Of a stretch of 64,000 nucleotides of DNA, positions 20,118 to 31,500 are shown one piece after another. Made by a program: the position numbers and the translations under genes. Position 1 is the first letter of the stretch. Every line of letters begins with the position of its first letter. The stretch lies in the IMG/VR virus record IMGVR_UViG_3300044695_004869; one strand, written 5' to 3'. Origin of the DNA: a virus. Lineage: Duplodnaviria > Caudoviricetes. A model generated the notes under the pieces. It did not search any database and was not told the DNA's origin. It worked only from the letters and a program-made list of their open reading frames with translations.

Positions 20118-21829
20118 TTTACCATAATCATATAATGTTGAGTTCCCCCATAAGTTAATCCGTTTGAGACATATGTTCCAAAGTCATACACTCCACCGGT
20201 TGTTGTTTCTCCACCACACCAAGCACCTGAATAATAAAAGGCGGCACCACAATAAACAGTAGCCATTCCACCCCATCCTCCTCCATACCCTGCATAACCA
20301 CAACAATCTCTCATATAGTAAATATTATTATTTGTACCTGTTGTTGTATATCCAACTGCCCCTTGCATACCTGGATAATCCGTTGTACCGTAAACAGCAG
20401 TGTTACTTTTTATTGTGGAATTAGTGTATGATTGTTGAGTATCGGAACCAAAAAATGTTGAGTAGTTTATGGAAGATACTTTATAAATAAACGGACCCCA
20501 ACTATTATCCACGTTAGTTCTTTGGTTACCAAAAATGAAAGAGGTAAACGTTGCATTTCCGTCCCATATTTCTCCCCATCCTAATTGATATGCCTTAGAA
20601 AAATCATTTATATTACCTACCGTACCACCTTTCCAACCCCAGTTTTCACCATCTAAGTTTACTGATGGGGCACTTCTAGCGATTAGCGTCCACCCTCCAC
20701 CATCAGTTGTCATATCACAATGAACTTGATATGGTGATGAGGTCGGTCCACCAGGATAAACCCAATACAATCCGTCATATCCCGCAAGTTGTGGAAATGT
20801 GTCTATAATATCTTTACAAGTTTTACAAGTATTGAAAAATGATGGCCCACTATTTCTTAATGTTCGTGTGATTTCTGTTTGAGATAAAGCTCGGTTGTAA
20901 ATTGCCCATCTATATATGTTACCTTTCCACATATTATCACCTCTACCTAAATACTGAGTACCTCCATTAGTATCATAATATGGAGTTCCTCCAGCAAAAG
21001 ATCCTGCTGATATTGCATCGTGATAATATATTTGAGCTTGGGGGGTAATTGTTATAACCCCTAAATGATATCTTGTGGTACTTACAGTTACGGCATTAGA
21101 TACTCCACCGGCATAATTAGAACTAAAATGATAATATAATTGTGATGGGTTATTTGTTGGACTATATAAATAAAAATTAAAACTTCTACCAGATCCCGCA
21201 ACTCCAATCATACACCTAAATTGACTATTAAAATCTGTAAGAGCATCTATCTTATACCAAACCGCAATTGTTATACCCGCGGACCAAGTTATATTATTAA
21301 AATTATTGGAGTTCGCAATTGAAATTAAATCATCTGTACCATCAAAAGAAAATGTCCCCGTGGTACTATTCCAAGACGTACCATTAGACAAAGTACCATT
21401 TCCAACACTACCACTATTCATTAATGGGTAAAGTGTGGATCCATTTTTAGGGTATGATGAAACACAACTACTGTCGACTAAATATACTAATCCATTAGTG
21501 ATAACCGCATCATAATCTTTATCTAGTAAGAATTTATCTGTTTGAGTAATATAATAATTTAAACATTCATTCGCTGTTGTATAATTTGTACCTGCAATTT
21601 TGTTAGTTAAATCAATTAATTGAGTGTCGTTCGATGGTACATATATTGATGGACCATTGGATGTCTTATTAAGATATATTGTATATCCACCACGAGGAGG
21701 TGAGATACCATTCCAATAACCTGAGGTACTTGTAGGTCCTTTTCCTACATCATTCGTACCAATCCAAAAGTCACCCTTTTTAAGAGCCAATGTTTGGGCC
21801 GTCGCACTATATTTTATTGAATTTGGCAT
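20114..21829 (-). CDS. LamG-like plus fibrinogen C-terminal (FReD/intelectin-like) domain protein
   Basis: LamG motifs (FSFDGTDD, IYNRALSQTEI), then CKDI...DGLYWVYP...YQVHCDMTTDGGGWTLIAR. Confidence 0.8.
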   Translation of the reverse strand: MPNSIKYSATAQTLALKKGDFWIGTNDVGKGPTSTSGYWNGISPPRGGYTIYLNKTSNGPSIYVPSNDTQLIDLTNKIAGTNYTTANECLNYYITQTDKFLLDKDYDAVITNGLVYLVDSSCVSSYPKNGSTLYPLMNSGSVGNGTLSNGTSWNSTTGTFSFDGTDDLISIANSNNFNNITWSAGITIAVWYKIDALTDFNSQFRCMIGVAGSGRSFNFYLYSPTNNPSQLYYHFSSNYAGGVSNAVTVSTTRYHLGVITITPQAQIYYHDAISAGSFAGGTPYYDTNGGTQYLGRGDNMWKGNIYRWAIYNRALSQTEITRTLRNSGPSFFNTCKTCKDIIDTFPQLAGYDGLYWVYPGGPTSSPYQVHCDMTTDGGGWTLIARSAPSVNLDGENWGWKGGTVGNINDFSKAYQLGWGEIWDGNATFTSFIFGNQRTNVDNSWGPFIYKVSSINYSTFFGSDTQQSYTNSTIKSNTAVYGTTDYPGMQGAVGYTTTGTNNNIYYMRDCCGYAGYGGGWGGMATVYCGAAFYYSGAWCGGETTTGGVYDFGTYVSNGLTYGGTQHYMIMVK

Positions 21830-21842
21830 TTAATCTTTATTT

Positions 21843-21850
21843 TATAAATA
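21843..21850 (-). promoter_or_regulatory. TATTTATA motif (putative late promoter element)
   Basis: 13 nt upstream of the ATG at 21829. Confidence 0.55.
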
Positions 21851-21886
21851 CTTTAACTTTTAAACTTGGTTGTTATTTTTAACGAT

Positions 21887-24814
21887 ATGGAAAAGATTAA
21901 ATTATTATACTTAACACCCCACCTATCAACAGGGGGTATGCCTCAATTCGTCTTAAAAAGAATTCAATCATTACAAGAATATAAAGATCAGATTGAGATA
22001 TTTTTAGTTGAATACTCTCAATTCAGTTCAACATATGTTGTACAAAGAGATCAAATTATAAAATTATTAGGAAATAATCACTTCTTCACGTTAGGCGGAA
22101 CTGATGAGGTTGACAAAAAAAATATGTTGATTGACATCTTAAAAAACAATAAGATTGATATTCTTCATTCAGAAGAAATGATTGATGGATTTGAATCGTT
22201 TAATAAAGTTCCAATTGATCTACTAAACCAAATTTACTCTAACGATAGAACTTGGAGAATTATTGAGACGTGTCATAATATTTGGTTTAACCCACTATCA
22301 GATAAAAAATTACATCCTGACGCTTATTCTCTTGTAACACCATATCATATGGAGGTTTCTTTTAAAGATACCCCCCCAATGAAATTTCTATCAACATATC
22401 CATATGAAAACAAAGTAACACCTATCTTAGCGGAAAATGAAATCTATGGTGATTTCAAACAATTACCTCTTATACATAAAATAAAAGTTAGAGAAGAACT
22501 TGGTTTGGATATGTTTAAAACTCACGTATTAAATGTGGGATTATGGACAAGTGGTAAAAATCAAGGTGAGGGTGTTGAGGTCGCAAGAACTTTGGTTGAA
22601 TCTAATCCTGATATTCAATTCCATTTTATTGGAAATCAAGCACCAAACTTTGAGGACTATTGGGGTCCGATTATGAAGAACTTACCATCAAATGTTAAAG
22701 TATGGGGTGAAAGAAATGATGTTGATAAATTTATGCAAGCCTCCGATGTTTTAATGTTTAATTCAACTTGGGAATGTAATCCTTTGGTTATTAGAGAATC
22801 TATTAACTATGGTATGAAAATATTAACAAGAAATCTACCACAATATATGGGAATGTTTGATAAATACATTAAACCAATTAGTGGTGAGATCGAAGACATT
22901 TCAAAACAATTAGTTAAACTTATTAATAATGAACACACATATGACATACCAAACGATACTGATTTTGGTGATAACCTTTTGTCAATGTATCGTATTGTTC
23001 TAAATGAACAAATAAGACATAACGAACCAATTAAAAATGATTACATTTATACACAACATTATGTGTGTCAACCATTTTTTGAATTTAGAGGTCAAAGTGA
23101 AAATAAGTTTTTAATTAAAATGTTTGATGGTGATGACAATCTTATTTATAGTAATACGTTATCAATTAATAGTTGGATTAAATTAAATAGAGAATATTAT
23201 ACAGATTGGAGAACAGAGGTGTGGGAAAATGATGAATTGATTTATGAAAATAAAATTAACTTAGAAGGAAAAAGAGTTTATATATCGTTCGGATCAAAAT
23301 CATTAGGGGATACAATGGCTTGGATTCCTTATGTTGAGGAATTTAGATTAAAACATAAATGCGAATTAATTGTCTCGACATTTATGAACCAACTATTTGT
23401 TGATCAATATCCAAATATTGAATTTGTTGATCCGGGAAATGTTGTTATGAATATTCATGCCCAATATAGAATAGGGTGGTTCTATAATGAAGATGGTTCC
23501 GTAAATTATAATATGACACCAAATGATTATAAAAAACAACCATTACAAAAAACCGCAACAGATATATTAGGTCTTGAATATAATGAGATAAAACCAAAAC
23601 TTAAATTACCAAATGTTCCAAAAAAGAAAAAAGTCGGTATTGGATTTCACTCAACGGCGCAGTCAAAATATTGGAATAACCCAAATGGATGGCAAGAAGT
23701 TATTGATTATCTTATAAATTTAGGATACGAATGTATGATTTATTCTAAAGAGGGGGATGGGTATATGAATAACCATTACCCAAAAGGAGTAACTATTTTT
23801 GAAGGGGGTGACCTACAAAAAGTAATTAATGATCTTGTTACTTGCGAATTCTTTATTGGTTTGGGATCAGGGTTATCTTGGTTAGCGTGGGCTTGTGAAT
23901 TACCGATAGTTTTAATATCAGGATTTAGTGAGAAATGGGCAGAAACAACTTTAGACACATATAGAGTTATTAATGAAAATGTTTGTCACGGATGTTTTAA
24001 TTCGGAAAAATTAGATGCGGGAGATTGGAATTGGTGTCCATTACATAAAGGTACCAATAGAATGTTTGAATGTACAAAACAAATTACATCTCAAATGGTT
24101 ATTTCTGAAATAAATAAAATTCTTAAAAAAGAAAATCTTCCTGTTTTTGATTGGGGTTGGATGAATACAGATATCATTAATGCCCAATATCATAAAGAAG
24201 TTATGTACAATGAAATTTTTATTGATAAGGTTTATGAAAGATTTTTTGAGGTTGAGGAAGGTGATATTGTATTTGATATTGGATCAAGTGTTGGTCCTTT
24301 TACAAAATCAATTTTACATAAAAAACCAAAGCACGTATTCTGTATTGAACCAAGTACCTCCGAATTTAAAACTTTAGTTAAAAACACCTTAGGTTATCCT
24401 GTAACACAAATAAATAAAGGTATTGGTTTTACAAACGGGATTGTTGAATCTAATGAACTTTTTGGTGGGGAAACACATATGGAATCTATAAATTTTAAAA
24501 AACTATTGGATCTTTATGGAATTGAAAAAATTGATTTCTTAAAAACAGATTGTGAAAGTGGTGAATATGAAATCTTTAGAGATGAAAACGTTGAATTCAT
24601 TAAGAATAATGTTAAAAAGATTTCAGGTGAGTGGCACTTAAGAACGGATGAAAGTAGAGAAAAATTCAGACATTTTAGAGATAATGTATTACCTAACTTT
24701 GATAATTACCAAATATTCTCTGTTGATAATATTGATATCAAATGGGAATTGTGGACCGAAAGATTTCTTGAATGGTATGACGAAATAATTATCTATATTG
24801 ATAATAGAAAATAA
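21887..24814 (+). CDS. Tri-domain fusion: GT4-like + Aah/TibC-type protein O-heptosyltransferase + FkbM methyltransferase
   Basis: GT4: STGGMPQF...ASDVLMFNSTWECNPLVIRES. BAHT: LEGKRVYISFGSKSLGDTMAWIPY...FIGLGSGLSWLAW...CHGCFN...WCPLHKGTNRMFECTKQI. FkbM: FDIGSSVG, IEPS, IDFLKTDCESGE. The likely start is the ATG at 21887 (the ORF track extends to 21866). Confidence 0.85.
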   Translation: MEKIKLLYLTPHLSTGGMPQFVLKRIQSLQEYKDQIEIFLVEYSQFSSTYVVQRDQIIKLLGNNHFFTLGGTDEVDKKNMLIDILKNNKIDILHSEEMIDGFESFNKVPIDLLNQIYSNDRTWRIIETCHNIWFNPLSDKKLHPDAYSLVTPYHMEVSFKDTPPMKFLSTYPYENKVTPILAENEIYGDFKQLPLIHKIKVREELGLDMFKTHVLNVGLWTSGKNQGEGVEVARTLVESNPDIQFHFIGNQAPNFEDYWGPIMKNLPSNVKVWGERNDVDKFMQASDVLMFNSTWECNPLVIRESINYGMKILTRNLPQYMGMFDKYIKPISGEIEDISKQLVKLINNEHTYDIPNDTDFGDNLLSMYRIVLNEQIRHNEPIKNDYIYTQHYVCQPFFEFRGQSENKFLIKMFDGDDNLIYSNTLSINSWIKLNREYYTDWRTEVWENDELIYENKINLEGKRVYISFGSKSLGDTMAWIPYVEEFRLKHKCELIVSTFMNQLFVDQYPNIEFVDPGNVVMNIHAQYRIGWFYNEDGSVNYNMTPNDYKKQPLQKTATDILGLEYNEIKPKLKLPNVPKKKKVGIGFHSTAQSKYWNNPNGWQEVIDYLINLGYECMIYSKEGDGYMNNHYPKGVTIFEGGDLQKVINDLVTCEFFIGLGSGLSWLAWACELPIVLISGFSEKWAETTLDTYRVINENVCHGCFNSEKLDAGDWNWCPLHKGTNRMFECTKQITSQMVISEINKILKKENLPVFDWGWMNTDIINAQYHKEVMYNEIFIDKVYERFFEVEEGDIVFDIGSSVGPFTKSILHKKPKHVFCIEPSTSEFKTLVKNTLGYPVTQINKGIGFTNGIVESNELFGGETHMESINFKKLLDLYGIEKIDFLKTDCESGEYEIFRDENVEFIKNNVKKISGEWHLRTDESREKFRHFRDNVLPNFDNYQIFSVDNIDIKWELWTERFLEWYDEIIIYIDNRK

Positions 24815-24819
24815 TCCTT

Positions 24820-24848
24820 AACCCTCACCTAAAAAGTGGGGGTTTTTT
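24820..24848 (+). terminator. Intrinsic terminator between convergent genes
   Basis: AACCCTCAC-CTAAAAA-GTGGGGGTT hairpin followed by a T-run, directly after the stop at 24814. Confidence 0.75.
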
Positions 24849-24849
24849 A

Positions 24850-25548
24850 TTAACAAGGACCTTGATATGCTAGTGTAGAGGATCCGTCCCAATAGTAACA
24901 ATCAGTTCCGTCACTATAAAAGGCATCTCTCGCCGGAATTTTACAAAGATTATCATCAAATATTCCATCGGCATTTGCCAAATTACACGTACCACCACAA
25001 GGTAAGTGTAGGTAATATACTGCCGTTGTATTACAAGAACAAGCTTCCCCACATTCCGGACCATAACATAATTCTCTTTCACAACAAACTTCAACACAAG
25101 GTGTTGGAGTCGGAGTTGGTGTTGGCGTTGGACTTGATCCGGCCGATGTTGCCGTTGGTGTTGCCGTTGGAGCCGAGGTATTTGATGGAGTAACGGGTGG
25201 TGTTGATGCCGGTGTTGCCGGAGGAGTTCTTGTTGGTGTAGGTGTCATTGTTGGTGTACTAGGTGGTGTTTTTGTTGGGGTCGTCGTTGGTGTTACAGTT
25301 CTTGTTGGTGTATTAGTTGGTGTATTAGTCGGCGTATTAGGTGGTGTTCTTGTTGGAGTTGCGGTTCTTGTTGGTGTCATAGTTTGTGTTGGTACAGGAC
25401 TTCCTCCCGGTGTTCTTGTTGGTGTCACTGTTGGTGTTGGTGAACAGAAATCAATGTCATCCATTTTACTTGCATTTGCTTTAAGTATATCATCAACTTT
25501 GCTGATATTAGCACATAAAACGTCATTAACTTTACTTACTGTTGGCAT
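24850..25548 (-). CDS. Small Pro/Thr-rich mucin-like protein with Cys-rich C-terminus
   Basis: N-terminal SKV-x-D repeat, about 115-aa TPT tract, C-terminal [11 protein letters not shown]...C. Confidence 0.75.
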   Translation of the reverse strand: MPTVSKVNDVLCANISKVDDILKANASKMDDIDFCSPTPTVTPTRTPGGSPVPTQTMTPTRTATPTRTPPNTPTNTPTNTPTRTVTPTTTPTKTPPSTPTMTPTPTRTPPATPASTPPVTPSNTSAPTATPTATSAGSSPTPTPTPTPTPCVEVCCERELCYGPECGEACSCNTTAVYYLHLPCGGTCNLANADGIFDDNLCKIPARDAFYSDGTDCYYWDGSSTLAYQGPC

Positions 25549-25558
25549 ATTAAATAAA

Positions 25559-28500
25559 TTATACTAACTCAATCCAATCTTGTGAAGGGTTAAAGTAAAC
25601 TTCGTCAGTTGCAATTGCGTATCCGCAAACTCTCACAATATCGGCGGTTCCCGTTGGTTGAGTGGATGTTAGAGTATCTCCTGCGGTCGATAGGTAAACC
25701 GGAGCACCAATAGTAAATGACCAAGACGTATTTTTAAAGTAACCTCTTACTAACATACCTCTGTTATAAGCCACTGCATTAGTACATATACCAAGTAAGT
25801 TTCTTGATGCAGATGCGCTATCCGCATCTGCCGACAACCAAGTGTTGGATGATGATAAATATCTAACTTGTCCAACGGCGGGACTAAATCCTACATCACC
25901 AATAGATAATAATTCACCATAATGGTCACCATTTGACGCTAATCTTGATACAGGATCAGTGTTGATTGTATAATATCCTGATGTTCTTGTAACTTGGAAG
26001 TGATCTGATATTGTTGCACTTCCCGTAACATTTAGTAGGTTTGTTATTCCATTAAATGTTAAGTTAGGTTCTGAGTTTGCCGAATTTGCGGTTCCATTAG
26101 CGGTTAATATGTTATTATCTGTTGTTGGAGAAATTGAAGTAAATCCTGTACCTGATGTACCATTTGTTCCGGTAGTACCATTGGTACCTGATGTACCGTT
26201 TGTTCCTGAAGTTCCATTAGTTCCGTTTGTTCCATTTGTACCATTTGTTCCTGAAGTTCCATTAGTTCCGTTTGTTCCGTTGGTCCCATTTGTTCCTGAA
26301 GTTCCATTAGTACCGTTGGTTCCATTAGTTCCATTTGTACCTGATGTCCCATTAGTACCGTTCGTACCATTTGTTCCATTAGTTCCATTTGTACCTGATG
26401 TCCCATTAGTACCGTTCGTACCATTTGTTCCATTAGTTCCATTTGTACCTGATGTCCCATTAGTACCGTTCGTACCATTTGTTCCATTAGTTCCATTTGT
26501 ACCTGATGTCCCATTAGTACCGTTGGTTCCATTAGTTCCATTTGTACCTGATGTCCCATTAGTACCGTTGGTTCCATTAGTTCCATTTGTACCTGATGTC
26601 CCATTAGTACCATTAGTACCTGATGTTCCGGCAGCTCCGCTTACACCAGATGTCCCATCAGTTCCTGATGTACCATTTGTTCCGTTAGTCCCTGATGTTC
26701 CGTTTGTTCCACTAGTACCGTTAGTCCCTGACGTTCCATTGGTTCCGTTAGTTCCCGATGTTCCATCGGTTCCGCTAGTACCATCGGTTCCACTTGTTCC
26801 GTTTGTACCATTCGTTCCTGAAGTACCATTCGTTCCTGAAGTTCCATTAGTACCGTTGGTTCCTGATGTTCCGTTAGTACCGTTGGTTCCTGATGTTCCG
26901 TTAGTACCGTTGGTTCCTGATGTTCCGTTAGTACCGCTAGTTCCATTAGTACCATTGGTTCCTGAAGTTCCATTTGTTCCACTTGTTCCGTTTGTACCTG
27001 ACGTTCCATTAGTACCATTGGTTCCTGAAGTTCCATTAGTACCATTGGTTCCTGATGTTCCGTTAGTTCCTGAAGTTCCATTTGTGCCGTTTGTACCAGA
27101 AGTACCGTTGGTTCCATTTGTTCCTGAAGTTCCATTAGTACCGTTGGTTCCTGATGTTCCATTTGTACCGTTGGTACCATTTGTACCGCTAGTTCCGTTA
27201 GTACCTGATGTACCATTTGTTCCGCTAGTACCATTCGTTCCATTTGTTCCTGAAGTACCGTTAGTACCCGAAGTACCATTTGTGCCCGAAGTTCCATTTG
27301 TTCCGTTAGTACCTGAAGTCCCATTGGTTCCATTTGTTCCTGAAGTTCCGTTTGTACCACTTGAACCATTCGTTCCGTTAGTACCTGAGGTTCCATTGGT
27401 TCCATTTGTACCATTTGTCCCCGAAGTCCCGTTTGTACCACTTGATCCGTTTGTTCCTGAAGTTCCATTTGTTCCATTCGTACCGCTAGTTCCATTTGTT
27501 CCTGACGTTCCATTTGTACCGTTTGTTCCTGACGTTCCATTTGTTCCGCTAGTTCCATTAGTACCATTTGTTCCCGAAGTTCCATTTGTTCCATTCGTAC
27601 CGCTAGTTCCATTTGTTCCTGACGTTCCATTTGTACCGTTTGTTCCTGACGTTCCATTTGTTCCGCTAGTTCCATTAGTACCATTTGTTCCCGAAGTTCC
27701 GTTAGTTCCGCTAGTACCATTTGTTCCATTCGTACCTGAAGTACCATTAGTGCCATTAGTCCCATTCGTACCCGAAGTTCCATTTGTTCCTGACGTTCCA
27801 TTCGTACCATTTGTTCCTGAAGTCCCATTAGTTCCACTTGAACCATTTGTTCCATTCGTACCTGAAGTACCATTAGTACCATTAGTCCCATTCGTACCCG
27901 AAGTTCCATTTGTTCCTGACGTTCCATTCGTACCATTTGTTCCTGACGTTCCATTCGTACCATTTGTTCCTGAAGTCCCGTTAGTTCCAGATGTTCCGTT
28001 CGTACCTGAAGTCCCGTTAGTTCCATTTGTTCCACTAGTACCATTCGTACCTGATGTACCATTAGTACCGTTGGTACCACTTGAACCATTTGTTCCTGAG
28101 GTACCATTAGTCCCATTTAAACCACTTACACCTGAAGTTCCGTTAGTTCCAGATGTTCCATTTGTTCCGCTAGCACCATTTGTCCCGTTGGTCCCTGAAG
28201 TTCCATTCGTACCCGATGTACCATTAGTTCCGCTAGTACCGTTCGTACCATTAGTTCCGCTAGTACCGTTCGTTCCGTTAGTTCCGTTAGTACCGGATGT
28301 TCCATTAGTACCTGAAGTTCCATTAGTACCATTTGTTCCTGATGTCCCATTTGTTCCTGATGTTCCATTTGTCCCGTTAGTACCCGAAGTTCCATTAGTT
28401 CCATTAGTTCCTGAAGTTCCATTCGTTCCGCTAGTTCCATTTGTACCTGATGTTCCATTCGTTCCGTTTGTACCTGAAGTTCCATTTGTACCTGATGACC

Positions 28501-31500
28501 CATTAGTTCCATTCGTACCTGATGTACCATTAGTACCGTTCGTACCATTTGTTCCGTTTGTTCCGCTAGTACCATTTGTGCCTGACGTTCCATTTGTTCC
28601 GTTAGTACCATTCGTACCAGATGTTCCATTCGTACCGTTGGTTCCATTTGTTCCGTTAGTACCTGACGATCCATTTGTACCATTAGTTCCCGAAGTACCA
28701 TTTGTTCCACTAGTACCATTTGTTCCATTAGTACCCGAAGTCCCATTAGTTCCATTTGTACCGTTTGTTCCATTCGTACCCGAAGTTCCATTTGTACCGT
28801 TCGTTCCACTTGTTCCATTTGTCCCCGAAGTTCCATTAGTACCATTAGTTCCATTGGTTCCGTTTGTACCTGAAGTTCCGTTAGTTCCATTTGTCCCCGA
28901 TGTCCCGTTGGTACCACTTGAACCATTTGTTCCGTTAGTACCTGAGGTTCCGTTTGTACCATTTGTTCCATTCGTGCCGCTAGTACCATTTGTTCCGTTA
29001 GTACCTGAAGTTCCATTCGTTCCATTAGTACCGTTAGTTCCTGAAGTCCCATTTGTACCATTAGTTCCTGATGTACCATTAGTTCCGTTAGTCCCGTTTG
29101 TTCCATTAGTACCGCTTGTACCATTCGTTCCATTTGTTCCTGAAGTGCCGTTAGTTCCATTCGTACCATTTGTACCATTAGTTCCTGATGTACCATTAGT
29201 TCCGTTAGTCCCGTTTGTTCCATTAGTACCGCTTGTACCATTCGTTCCATTTGTTCCTGAAGTGCCGTTGGTTCCATTTGTACCGTTAGTACCGTTGGTT
29301 CCCGAAGTTCCATTTGTACCGTTAGTTCCATTGGTCCCGCTCGTACCATTAGTACCGTTGGTACCGCTTGAACCATTTGTCCCTGATGTTCCATTAGTTC
29401 CGTTTGTACCGGATGTTCCGTTAGTTCCATTCGTACCATTTGTTCCGTTTGTACCGGATGTTCCGTTAGTTCCATTCGTACCATTTGTTCCCGAAGTTCC
29501 GTTAGTACCGCTAGTTCCATTTGTACCGTTGGTCCCATTAGTACCTGATGTTCCGTTAGTCCCACTAGTTCCATTTGTTCCGTTCGTACCATTGGTTCCT
29601 GATGATCCATTGGTTCCATTTGTTCCTGAGGTTCCATTTGTACCTGAAGTTCCATTAGTACCGTTTGTACCATTAGTTCCTGAAGTTCCATTCGTACCAT
29701 TTGTTCCGTTAGTACCGTTAGTACCGCTAGTTCCATCCGTTCCGTTCGTACCATTTGTTCCATTCGTACCTGAGGTCCCGTTAGTTCCATTCGTACCGTT
29801 TGTACCATTTGTTCCTGAGGTTCCGTTTGTTCCATTGGTTCCTGAAGTTCCATTCGTACCATTTGTTCCGCTAGTTCCGTTTGTCCCGTTTGTTCCATTT
29901 GTTCCGCTAGTTCCGTTTGTCCCGTTTGTTCCATTCGTACCGTTGGTTCCACTAGTTCCATTCGTACCATTTGTTCCGCTAGTTCCATTAGTACCATTCG
30001 TTCCACTAGTTCCATTTGTACCATTTGTTCCATTCGTACCATTAGTACCGTTGGTTCCCGAAGTACCATTTGTTCCGCTAGTTCCGTTTGTACCATTTGT
30101 TCCTGAGGTTCCATTTGTACCATTTGTTCCGTTGGTTCCGCTAGTTCCGTTTGTACCATTCGTTCCATTCGTTCCATTCGTTCCATTCGTACCCGAAGTT
30201 CCGTTGGTTCCTGAAGTACCGTTCGTACCATTCGTCCCTGAAGTTCCATTTGTTCCGTTTGTACCATTAGTTCCTGAGGTTCCATTTGTTCCGTTTGTAC
30301 CGCTAGTTCCATTAGTACCGTTGGTACCATTTGTTCCGTTAGTACCTGAAGTTCCATTTGTACCATTCGTTCCATTAGTTCCATTTGTACCGTTAGTACC
30401 TGATGTTCCGTTTGTTCCCGACGTGCCGTTAGTACCATTTGTTCCGTTAGTACCATTCGTTCCATTTGTACCGCTAGTGCCGTTTGTTCCTGAAGTCCCA
30501 TTTGTACCGCTCGTACCGTTTGTTCCATTCGTACCATTTGTTCCAGAAGTTCCGTTAGTACCACTTGAACCATTTGTACCTGATGTCCCATTGGTTCCAT
30601 TTGTACCGTTTGTTCCTGATGATCCGTTAGTACCATTTGTCCCATTCGTACCGTTCGTACCTGAAGTACCATTTGTTCCGCTAGTACCATTCGTACCGTT
30701 AGTTCCATTGGTTCCATTTGTACCTGATGTTCCGTTTGTACCTGAAGTACCGTTAGTTCCATTAGTACCCGATGTGCCATTTGTTCCGCTAGTTCCATTA
30801 GTACCGTTGGTTCCTGATGATCCGTTTGTACCATTTGTACCTGAAGTCCCATTAGTTCCTGACGATCCATTCGTACCATTTGTACCGCTAGTTCCATTTG
30901 TTCCGTTTGTGCCTGAGGTCCCATTAGTTCCGTTTGTACCTGAAGTACCGTTAGTTCCATTTGTACCGTTAGTTCCTGATGTTCCGTTTGTTCCTGAAGT
31001 ACCGTTAGTACCATTAGTACCCGATGTTCCGTTAGTACCGCTAGTCCCATTCGTTCCATTAGTACCGTTAGTTCCTGATGTACCATTCGTACCCGATGTT
31101 CCGTTTGTTCCATTTGTGCCGCTAGTTCCATTTGTACCTGAAGTTCCATTTGTACCATTCGTTCCTGACGTTCCATTAGTTCCATTAGTACCGTTTGTTC
31201 CCGATGTCCCGTTCGTACCATTTGTTCCACTAGTACCATTAGTTCCGTTCGTTCCGTTCGTACCATTTGTTCCTGACGTTCCATTCGTACCATTTGTCCC
31301 ATTAGTTCCGTTTGTACCTGAAGTACCGTTAGTTCCATTTGTTCCGTTAGTACCATTAGTCCCTGAAGTACCATTCGTTCCGCTAGTTCCGTTAGTACCA
31401 TTTGTTCCATTCGTCCCTGATGTTCCGTTAGTACCATTAGTTCCTGACGTTCCATTTGTTCCTGAAGTACCATTTGTACCATTGGTTCCTGAAGTTCCGT

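Noticed and set aside
16521-21829. Diversity-generating retroelement acting on lectin domains
   Set aside because: No reverse transcriptase and no template/variable repeat pair differing only at adenines was seen.
26340-29269. Tandem repeats as a possible CRISPR array
   Set aside because: There are no unique spacers, the units are multiples of 9 bp inside a coding frame, and no cas genes are present.
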